Assembly (NCBI GenBank): GCA_037137395.1
Contig: JBAXKK010000057.1
Span: 1-17,252 of the forward strand
From: Elusimicrobiota bacterium
GTDB lineage: Bacteria > Elusimicrobiota > Elusimicrobia > Elusimicrobiales > UBA9959
Direction: 5' to 3'
Length of the DNA: 17,252 nucleotides
Within the stretch, counting starts at the first letter, position 1, and each line of letters starts with the position of its first letter. The notes below the pieces were generated by a model. That model was not told where the DNA came from. It made no database searches and was given only the letters and a program-made list of their open reading frames with translations. A program made the translations under genes and the position numbers. Shown one piece after another: positions 1-10,634 of the stretch.

Positions 1-48
1 CATCTTGCGTTGGAAACGGGCTTTTCCCCATGCTCATCTTGCGTTGGA
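1..48. repeat. 14-bp exact direct repeat CATCTTGCGTTGGA (1-14 and 35-48, 34-bp period), possibly truncated by the window edge
   Basis: Two identical copies read directly from the sequence. The first starts at base 1, so the unit and copy number may be larger. Confidence 0.8.
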
Positions 49-84
49 TAATTCTGTTTTGTGCTTAAAAGGCGGATAAAATTA

Positions 85-109
85 TACAATTGACTCAATT
101 GATTGGTCA
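85..109 (+). promoter_or_regulatory. Putative -10 box (TACAAT, 85-90) overlapped by an operator-like palindrome CAATTGA-C-TCAATTG (87-101)
   Basis: Perfect 7-1-7 inverted repeat, plus TGAC-N11-GTCA at 91-109. It lies in an AT-rich stretch upstream of the scpB ribosome binding site AAGGAG (115-120). Confidence 0.45.
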
Positions 110-124
110 GGCTGAAGGAGACCT

Positions 125-904
125 ATGGCACTTATATTAAGCGAAGTTAAAGACAAGATCGGAATACTCACCTTAAACAATCCGGAAAGGCGCAACGCGC
201 TCAGCCTTGAGCTGTGCGATGAACTGTCCGCGGCGCTAAACGATCTTAAAAACCGCAAAGTGCCCGTGGTTGTCATCAGGGCGCCGCGGGACTCCAAGGT
301 TTGGTCGGCCGGGCACGATATCCGCCAGCTGCCGCAGGTCTGCCACGAGCCGCTGGCCTACGACAGCCCGATGGAAAAAGCCCTGCGCGCGATACAGGAA
401 TACCCGGGCGCGGTCATAGCCATGGTGCAGGGCGGGGTGTGGGGCGGCGCCTCAGATCTCATTATAACCTGCGACCTCGCCATAGGCGACGAAACCTCCA
501 CGTTCGCGATCACGCCGGTTAAAATAGGACTGCCGTATAACGCCTCAGGCATAGTTCATTTTATCAATCGTGTGGGGCTCAATATCGCCAAAGAGATGTT
601 CTTCACGGCTGAGCCGGTCAAAGCCGAGCGCGCCTACCATTTCGGCATCCTTAATCACCTTATTTCTTCTAAAGAGATTGAGCAATTCACTATGCAGCTG
701 GCCGCCTCTATAGCCGGCAATTCGCCCCTGGCCGTGGCTGTTATTAAAGAGCAGTTCCGCCTGCTGTCGGAGGCCCATCCCATCACCGCGGACGCCTTCG
801 AGAGAATTCAGGCCTTGAGGCGCAAAGTTTACAACAGCCATGACTATGATGAAGGTATCAAAGCCTTTTTTGAAAAAAGAAAGCCTAATTTCAGAGGAGA
901 GTAA
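125..904 (+). CDS. scpB: Methylmalonyl-CoA decarboxylase (crotonase / enoyl-CoA hydratase superfamily)
   Basis: 259 aa. Motifs KVWSAGHDIRQLP...EPLAYDSP, GGVWGGA, TFAITPVKIGLPYN, KEMFFTAEP, FERIQALRRKVYNSHDYDEGIKAFFEKRKPNFRG closely follow E. coli ScpB/YgfG. SD AAGGAG lies 4 nt before the ATG. Confidence 0.88.
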   Translation: MALILSEVKDKIGILTLNNPERRNALSLELCDELSAALNDLKNRKVPVVVIRAPRDSKVWSAGHDIRQLPQVCHEPLAYDSPMEKALRAIQEYPGAVIAMVQGGVWGGASDLIITCDLAIGDETSTFAITPVKIGLPYNASGIVHFINRVGLNIAKEMFFTAEPVKAERAYHFGILNHLISSKEIEQFTMQLAASIAGNSPLAVAVIKEQFRLLSEAHPITADAFERIQALRRKVYNSHDYDEGIKAFFEKRKPNFRGE

Positions 905-928
905 GCCGTCCTGAGGAATGCCGGCTCC

Positions 929-4711
<3,783 letters not shown>

Positions 4712-4792
4712 CTAATGTTGGCCCGCCCCGGCGCAACCTGGGAAGAAGCGCCGTATTTCAATCCGTTGGGATAAATTATAAAAAGCCGCAGC

Positions 4793-4870
4793 TAGTCAGC
4801 CCCGGCATCTGTCGCGGGGGTATCTGTGACTATAAATGGCATCATTCCTGCGGGCAGGCGCAACGCCTGC
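4793..4870. repeat. Intergenic REP-like palindromes (two hairpins)
   Basis: TAGTCA (4793-4798) pairs with TGACTA (4827-4832) and encloses CCCCG (4800-4804) / CGGGG (4815-4819). A second, perfect hairpin GCAGGCG-CAA-CGCCTGC lies at 4854-4870. Confidence 0.5.
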
Positions 4871-4919
4871 TAAAGCAACCGCCAAAAGCCTCTGATTTTT
4901 CGCAGTTTACAAATCTTTA

Positions 4920-5135
4920 TTATTTAGCTTTTCCGCGCGCGGACCACACCGCCGAGAGCGCCATAAACAGCCCGAACACGCCCATAAACACTCCGGCGGA
5001 AACATTGAGATTAATGTCAATGCCGGCCGCGGCAGTCTGCGGCTTAATCAATCCCACTACGATTAGAATAACGCTGAAGATCGAGAACAAGAGCCCGATC
5101 GGAAAACGCAGGTCATCAAGAAGTTGGTTCAACAT
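4920..5135 (-). CDS. Small 2-TM membrane protein associated with the SSS transporter
   Basis: 71 aa, two hydrophobic helices (DLRFPIGLLFSIFSVILIVVGL; INLNVSAGVFMGVFGLFMAL). Strong SD GGAGG, and the ATG is 19 bp after the symporter stop. Confidence 0.82.
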   Translation of the reverse strand: MLNQLLDDLRFPIGLLFSIFSVILIVVGLIKPQTAAAGIDINLNVSAGVFMGVFGLFMALSAVWSARGKAK

Positions 5136-5154
5136 TTAAAATCCTCCGGTCCTT

Positions 5155-6825
5155 TTAGTGATAAAGATAATTCAGAGCCAATGTTATAGCCAAAACAGCC
5201 ACCGCCAGCGGAATCGGCCGCAGGTACCAGCGCGTCTCGGTCTCCTGCGGACGCTCGGTCAGGCTGTACACCAGGCCGCGCATCTCATCGTCGGCCTTGG
5301 GCTTCGTGGCCAGACTGATCGCGAGAGTAAGAACAAAGCAGGCGACCCAGGCCACGATGGCGATTGCGAACGCCTGTCCCATCCCCGAGCGGAACTCATG
5401 CACCGGAGCCGCGCCGAACAGGAGCCACCCGCCCTTGCCCTCTGCCATAGTTATGCCGTGGGTCAGCGCGGCAGCCGCGGTTCCGCTGAGCAGGCCCCAA
5501 AACGCGCCGTGCCCGGTGGTTCTCTTCCAGAACATGCCGAGAAGGAATGTCGCGAATAGCGGAGCGTTCACGAAACCGAAGACCAGCTGCAGCAGGTCCA
5601 TAATATTATTGAAGCTGCGCGCGACATAGGCTGTCGCGATAGAGAGCAGTATGCCGAAGATAGTAGCCATCTTGCCCATCCACAGATAGTGCGAGTCGCT
5701 GGCATTTTTGCGGAAGTAAGCCTGGTAAATGTCATAGGTCCAGACAGTGTTGAACGCCGTAACATTGCCCGCCATGCCGGACATGAAGGACGCCATCAGC
5801 GCCGTCAAACCCACGCCCAGCAGACCTGACGGATAAAAATAGACCAGCATCGTAGGCAGGGTCATGTCATAATCCATGCGCCCATCCGCCTTCAGCGGAA
5901 TAGAGAAGTCGCCGCCGATCTGCGTCAGCGCAAGCGCCACCAGGCCGGGCATGATAACGATAAACGGAAGCAGCATTTTTGGGAAGGCGGCGATCAGCGG
6001 CGTGCGCTGCGCGGCCGACATATTTCGCGCGGCCATCGCGCGCTGCACCAGCAGGAAGTCCGTGCACCAGTAGCCGAAGGAAAGCACGAAGCCCAGCCCC
6101 ATAGCCATACCGAACAGCCCGACGCCCATCGGATTGTCGGCAGAGCCCATGTACTGCCAGGTGTGGGTCATCGCTCCCGGAAGCTGCGCCTGGATGCCTT
6201 CCCACCCGCCGACTTTACGCAGGCCCACATAGACAAGCGGCGCGATACCAAGCACAATCAGAAAGAACTGCAGCACTTCATTATAGATAGCGCTCCGCAG
6301 TCCGCCGGTGAATGTGTACGCCGCCACGATGCCGGCCGAGAGCAGCACCGAAAAGCCGAAGCTCCAGCCCAGAAGAACCTTTAAGAGGATCGCAAGAGCG
6401 TAAAGCGAAACTCCGGACGAAAACACCGTCATCGTCGCGAACGAGATAGCGTTTAGTCCGCGCGTCTTCTCGTCAAAGCGCAGGCGCAGATACTCGGGAA
6501 CCGACCGCGCGCGGCTGCCATAATAAAACGGCATCATGAACAAGCCCAGAAAGACCATCGCCGGAATGGCGCCTATCCAATAAAAATGCGCGGTCATGAT
6601 CCCGTATTTTGCGCCCGAGGCCGACATGCCCAGGACTTCCTGCGCGCCCAGATTGGCGGAGATGAACGCGAGGCTTGTGATCCAGAGCGGGATGCCGTGT
6701 TTTTCGTCGTGGCCTCCGAGAAAGTCGGCGCTGGATTTAACTTTCCGCTTCAGCAGCATGCCGATTGAAAGCACGAACATAAGATAAATAGCGATAATCG
6801 CGTAATCAATGAGACTCAGTTGCAT
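5155..6825 (-). CDS. Sodium:solute symporter family protein (probable Na+/galactose cotransporter)
   Basis: 556 aa with about 14 TM segments. SSS motifs SLAFISANLGAQE, SVPEYLRLRFD, YTFTGGL.SAIYNEVLQ, YWCTDFLLVQRAMAA, ALMASFMS, WTYDIY, FLLGMFWKR. Overlaps the galK stop by 20 nt and has SD AAGGAG. Substrate inferred from context. Confidence 0.92.
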   Translation of the reverse strand: MQLSLIDYAIIAIYLMFVLSIGMLLKRKVKSSADFLGGHDEKHGIPLWITSLAFISANLGAQEVLGMSASGAKYGIMTAHFYWIGAIPAMVFLGLFMMPFYYGSRARSVPEYLRLRFDEKTRGLNAISFATMTVFSSGVSLYALAILLKVLLGWSFGFSVLLSAGIVAAYTFTGGLRSAIYNEVLQFFLIVLGIAPLVYVGLRKVGGWEGIQAQLPGAMTHTWQYMGSADNPMGVGLFGMAMGLGFVLSFGYWCTDFLLVQRAMAARNMSAAQRTPLIAAFPKMLLPFIVIMPGLVALALTQIGGDFSIPLKADGRMDYDMTLPTMLVYFYPSGLLGVGLTALMASFMSGMAGNVTAFNTVWTYDIYQAYFRKNASDSHYLWMGKMATIFGILLSIATAYVARSFNNIMDLLQLVFGFVNAPLFATFLLGMFWKRTTGHGAFWGLLSGTAAAALTHGITMAEGKGGWLLFGAAPVHEFRSGMGQAFAIAIVAWVACFVLTLAISLATKPKADDEMRGLVYSLTERPQETETRWYLRPIPLAVAVLAITLALNYLYH

Positions 6826-7906
6826 TTAATTCTCCTTTTCCTTTCACGAGTATTGTCGGCTTATACGAAACCTTCTTTGCGTATGCGTTAGCTATTTTTT
6901 CGGATATCCGCGCGCCCGCCCCAAGCCGCGCCAGCAGAACGATACTGCCGCCGAACCCCCCGCCGGTCAGCCGCGCGCCGTAAACTTCGGGCTCAGCCAT
7001 GGCCAACTCCACCAGCAGATCTATCTCCGGCACCGAAACAACATAGTCGTCGCGCATAGACTGATGTGACTGATAAAAAAGCTTCCCCAGGCCCTGCAGA
7101 TCGCCTTTGGAAATCGCCTGGACGGCCTGAAGCACGCGCTCATTTTCCGTAACCACATGCCGGGCCCTTCGTCTAAGGGGTTCCGGAAGCGCCTCTATGC
7201 GCGAAATCTCGCCGCAGGCTATTTCGCGCAAAAGTTTTACTCCTAAAATTTTGCATGCCTGTTCACATTCGGCGCGCCGGGTATTATAGTCTCCGTTTGA
7301 ATTTGAATGAGAAACGCCTGAATTGATAACAACAAGGTCCACATCGTCGGGCAGACGCACGTTTTTATAGCTGAGGTCCAGCGTGTCAATAAATAGCGCT
7401 TCGCTGTTACTAGCCAGACTCGAGGCCATCTGATCCATGATCCCGACATGCGCGCCTACGAATTCATTCTCAACGCGCTGACCGAGCCTGGCGATAGTCA
7501 GATCATCTAAATCCAGGCCGAACGCGTCGCGCAGCGCCCGCATCGCGCTGACCTCGAGAGCGGCGCTGGAAGAGAGGCCGCTGCCCACGGGGATATCCGA
7601 GCTGATATGCGCCTCAAAACCCTGCAGCGCATGGCCCTCGCCGGCCAGCAGCCGGGTCACCCCCTGAATATAATCCCCCCAGCTTCCGGAGGGGGCCTCG
7701 CAACCAAGTTCATAGTTGAACGCGGCAGCCGGTTCCGGGATATTCCGGCTGCGGAGCCGCACTTGTTTGCCGCCTGTAACTTTAAGCGAAATAGTCGTTC
7801 TTTGCGGGATAGCCATCGGAAGCACGTAACCGCCGTTATAATCCGTGTGTTCGCCGATAAGGTTTACCCGGCCCGGAGCCGAGGCTGTCACGGTCTTTGT
7901 TGTCAT
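6806..7906 (-). CDS. galK: Galactokinase
   Basis: GHMP/GalK motifs APGRVNLIGEHTDYN, PVGSGLSSSAA, GIMDQ, YNTRRAEC, RHVVTENERV, GARLTGGGFGG. SD GAGGA. Confidence 0.97.
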   Translation of the reverse strand: MTTKTVTASAPGRVNLIGEHTDYNGGYVLPMAIPQRTTISLKVTGGKQVRLRSRNIPEPAAAFNYELGCEAPSGSWGDYIQGVTRLLAGEGHALQGFEAHISSDIPVGSGLSSSAALEVSAMRALRDAFGLDLDDLTIARLGQRVENEFVGAHVGIMDQMASSLASNSEALFIDTLDLSYKNVRLPDDVDLVVINSGVSHSNSNGDYNTRRAECEQACKILGVKLLREIACGEISRIEALPEPLRRRARHVVTENERVLQAVQAISKGDLQGLGKLFYQSHQSMRDDYVVSVPEIDLLVELAMAEPEVYGARLTGGGFGGSIVLLARLGAGARISEKIANAYAKKVSYKPTILVKGKGELNATESH

Positions 7907-7957
7907 AATTTCCTCGCCCGCGGCCCCGCGGCGGCGCTATAAAATCTTATCTCCGTC

Positions 7958-9046
7958 TTATTCATTTATTTCCACTTTTACGGCCTGAAGTTCGGACGCT
8001 TTATCTTCGGGCACGCAATCATTGGCGAACATGCCGGCGCCCAATTCGGTTCCGGCCAGATATTTCAGGCGGCCCGGCTTGCGGAAGGCCGGGTAGATCT
8101 CAACATGAGCGTGCGCCTCCGGATAGTCGCGGCCGTCAGTCGGCGCCTGGTGAAAAACCATCAGGTATGGAAAGGGCCGCTGCCAAAGCGCGTCGTATTT
8201 CATAAGCACGGTTTTAAGCGTGCGCGCGAAATCGCGTCTTTCAGGGCCGCTCAATCCCGCAAGCGAGGACGCGGGCCGCTTCGGCATCACCCACACTTCG
8301 TAAGGATAGCGCGCGCAGACGGGCACAAAGGCCGCCGCGGTGTCAGTCGCCGCGATCAGTCGCTTACCCCCGGCAAGTTCCCCGGCCAGCATATCCTCCA
8401 GCAATCCGCGGCCATTTTTTTGCAGATACTCGCGCTGCAGCTCAAGCTCGCGGGCGGGGATGGGAGGAACAAAAGGGTACGCGTAAATCTGTCCGTGCGG
8501 ATGATTGAGCGTGACGCCCATTTCCTCACCGCGATTTTCGAAAGGCATAACATATTGGATCTGTTCTTGTCCGCCCAGCTCGGAGTAGCGCTCGGCCCAG
8601 ACGTCAATAAGCAGCTCAAAATGCGAGAGCGGAAGCGCCGCGAGACTGGTGCCTGAATCCTGGGTAAAAACCACAACCTCACACACGCCGTTAGCGGGCC
8701 GGCAGGGAGTGGACAGTTCAGGACTGGCGGTAGCGTCGCCCGTCATGGAAGGAAAGCGGTTTGTAAACACCGCTATATCATAGTCCCCAACAGGAAGCTC
8801 CGTAGGGAACTCCGCGGAACTGCTGGGAGCGAGAGGATTATATTCGGGCGGCGGCAAAAAGGTGCGATCGTTGCGATGGCTCGCGTAGGCCACCCATTCG
8901 CCGCGCAAAGGGTGCCAGCGAAGGTGCGGATTGGCCAGAATCGGCTCGGCGCCAGGGCTGGTCGCGCGCAGATCGCGGGAGATCTGGCGCCGCGAATATA
9001 AAATTAGCTCTCGCCCGTCGGGTTTTTGAAGCCTGATTTTTTCCAT
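7958..9046 (-). CDS. galT: Galactose-1-phosphate uridylyltransferase (class I)
   Basis: HLRWHPLRGEWV, NRFPS, FENRG..MGVTLNHPHGQ (HxHxQ nucleophile motif), LKYLAGTELGAG, PEDKA. Start re-called to ATG 9046 (MEKIRL...) because the ORF-track TTG at 9106 is part of a TTGACA -35 box. Confidence 0.93.
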   Translation of the reverse strand: MEKIRLQKPDGRELILYSRRQISRDLRATSPGAEPILANPHLRWHPLRGEWVAYASHRNDRTFLPPPEYNPLAPSSSAEFPTELPVGDYDIAVFTNRFPSMTGDATASPELSTPCRPANGVCEVVVFTQDSGTSLAALPLSHFELLIDVWAERYSELGGQEQIQYVMPFENRGEEMGVTLNHPHGQIYAYPFVPPIPARELELQREYLQKNGRGLLEDMLAGELAGGKRLIAATDTAAAFVPVCARYPYEVWVMPKRPASSLAGLSGPERRDFARTLKTVLMKYDALWQRPFPYLMVFHQAPTDGRDYPEAHAHVEIYPAFRKPGRLKYLAGTELGAGMFANDCVPEDKASELQAVKVEINE

Positions 9047-9077
9047 GAATTGTATGCGGTCCGCCGCACAATCGTTA

Positions 9078-9106
9078 ATTTCACTAATTTCCGAGGGGTC
9101 TGTCAA
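9078..9106 (-). promoter_or_regulatory. Putative sigma70-type promoter for galT-galK-SSS-small protein(-lacZ)
   Basis: On the minus strand: TTGACA (9106-9101), 17-nt spacer, TGAAAT (9083-9078; 4/6 match to TATAAT). The -10 ends about 30 nt upstream of ATG 9046. Confidence 0.55.
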
Positions 9107-9142
9107 ATTTGCTTCGTCACTTTATTTCCGGCTTCGAACCCC

Positions 9143-10120
9143 TCAGCCCCGCTGTTTTTTATGCCATTGCCAGGCGTGGTCTATTATAGTTTCCAGGGCG
9201 GCATACTCTGGCTTCCAACCCAGCACGCGGCGCGCGAGCGAAGAAGACGCCACCAATATCGCGGGGTCTCCGGCGCGGCGGGGAGCCAGCTTAACCGGAA
9301 CTTTCCTGCCGGTCACCCTTTCGGCTGCTTTTATAACTTCAAAAACAGAAAAGCCCTTGCCGTTGCCCAGATTAAAAGCTCCGCTTTCGCCGCCGCGCTC
9401 AAGCCGGCGCAGAGCGAGCAGGTGTGCCTGCGCCAGATCTGCCGTATGAACATAGTCGCGCAGACAGGTGCCGTCGGGAGTTTTATAGTTTGAGCCGAAA
9501 ACCGTTATATATTCCTTCCGGCCGGCCGCCGCGTCAAGAACAAGCGGGATAAGATGTGTTTCGGGCTTATGCAACTCCCCGGTTTCCCCCGCCGGATCGG
9601 CGCCGGCGGCGTTAAAGTAGCGCAAGGCTATATATCGCATACCGTAGGCCGCGCCGTAATCAGCCATCGCCCTCTCCATCATAAACTTGGTGCGGCCATA
9701 AGGATTAACCGGCACCTGCGGGTGATCCTCGCCTATAGGTGTTTTTATCGGCTCGCCGTAAACGGCCGCCGTAGACGAGAATATCAGGTTTTTAACTCCG
9801 GCTGAGCGCATAGCGTCCAGCAGGTTGAGAGTGTTGGCCACATTATTACGGTAATACTTAGCCGGATCAACGACGGATTCACCCACGGCGGCAGAAGCCG
9901 CAAAATGCATCACCGCGGAAAACTTGTATTTTTTGAAACAGCGGGCCAGATCCGCGGGATTGCCCAGATCCCCTTTAAAAAACCCGCCCCGGCTCGCAAG
10001 CCGCCTGTGCCCGGTCGACAAGTTGTCAAACACTACGGTTTTATAACCGCGCTCGTTCAGGAGGTTGTTAACCTGCGAACCGATATATCCCGCGCCGCCG
10101 ACAATAAGTGCATTTTTCAT
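9143..10120 (-). CDS. galE: UDP-glucose 4-epimerase
   Basis: GGAGYIGS Rossmann motif, DNLSTGH, VMHFAA, VGESV..P.KYY.NN, FSSTAAVYG, YGRTK (YxxxK), LRYFNAAGA, ETHLIP, TPDGTCLRDYVH. Start taken as ATG 10120; TTG 10129 is an alternative. Confidence 0.97.
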   Translation of the reverse strand: MKNALIVGGAGYIGSQVNNLLNERGYKTVVFDNLSTGHRRLASRGGFFKGDLGNPADLARCFKKYKFSAVMHFAASAAVGESVVDPAKYYRNNVANTLNLLDAMRSAGVKNLIFSSTAAVYGEPIKTPIGEDHPQVPVNPYGRTKFMMERAMADYGAAYGMRYIALRYFNAAGADPAGETGELHKPETHLIPLVLDAAAGRKEYITVFGSNYKTPDGTCLRDYVHTADLAQAHLLALRRLERGGESGAFNLGNGKGFSVFEVIKAAERVTGRKVPVKLAPRRAGDPAILVASSSLARRVLGWKPEYAALETIIDHAWQWHKKQRG

Positions 10121-10171
10121 AATTTTCAATCACTATTTTATCGTTTCAATATCATGGTCCGGCTGGTTAGT

Positions 10172-10624
10172 TTACCTGTTAAGGACAGAGCTTATAAAAA
10201 AATATCCCAGGAACGCGGCATATAAAATCCAGCCCGCCTGGACATACCGGTACACGCTCATCAGAACCTTAAAGTTGCTCCAGCTCTTGTCTCCCGTCAT
10301 TATAAGTTCAAGCTCCGGATACCTGGCAAACAGCAGCTTGGTGGTACGATGCTCGTTTGAATAAAGTTTGGCCAGGAACATATTCACCATGAAAATCAGA
10401 AACAAACCGATGAGCAGGGGCTTCAGAGCGAAAGCATAATCCTTCGGAGCCATAAGCGCGCAGACTGCCGCGGAAAAATTAAGAACTATACCCAGGAGCA
10501 CCAGCTGGTCCTGAAAACGGCTTATACGGCGCAGGTAGCTGTCGGCCAGATTCACGGCGAATTTTCTGCTCTTCTCGTCCTTTTCCACGGCTCGCTTTAT
10601 CAACTCGATGATCGCGCTTATCAT
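10172..10624 (-). CDS. Hypothetical membrane protein (about 3 TM helices)
   Basis: 150 aa with SD AGGAG, starting 10 nt after the guaA stop. Hydrophobic segments at about aa 41-58, 64-86 and 126-147. It fills the gap between guaA and galE. Confidence 0.8.
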   Translation of the reverse strand: MISAIIELIKRAVEKDEKSRKFAVNLADSYLRRISRFQDQLVLLGIVLNFSAAVCALMAPKDYAFALKPLLIGLFLIFMVNMFLAKLYSNEHRTTKLLFARYPELELIMTGDKSWSNFKVLMSVYRYVQAGWILYAAFLGYFFISSVLNR

Positions 10625-10634
10625 AGGTTCTCCT

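Noticed and set aside
1..48. CRISPR array call for the left-edge repeat
   Set aside because: Only two copies, a 34-bp period far shorter than a typical repeat-plus-spacer unit, and no cas genes in the window. Kept only as an unexplained repeat.
905..928. Bidirectional terminator between the convergent scpB and lacZ genes
   Set aside because: Only a weak AGCCG/CGGCT pairing with a long loop and no U-tract on either strand.
9047..9106. 20-aa N-terminal extension of GalT from TTG 9106
   Set aside because: The TTG belongs to a TTGACA -35 box and has no SD; ATG 9046 fits better.
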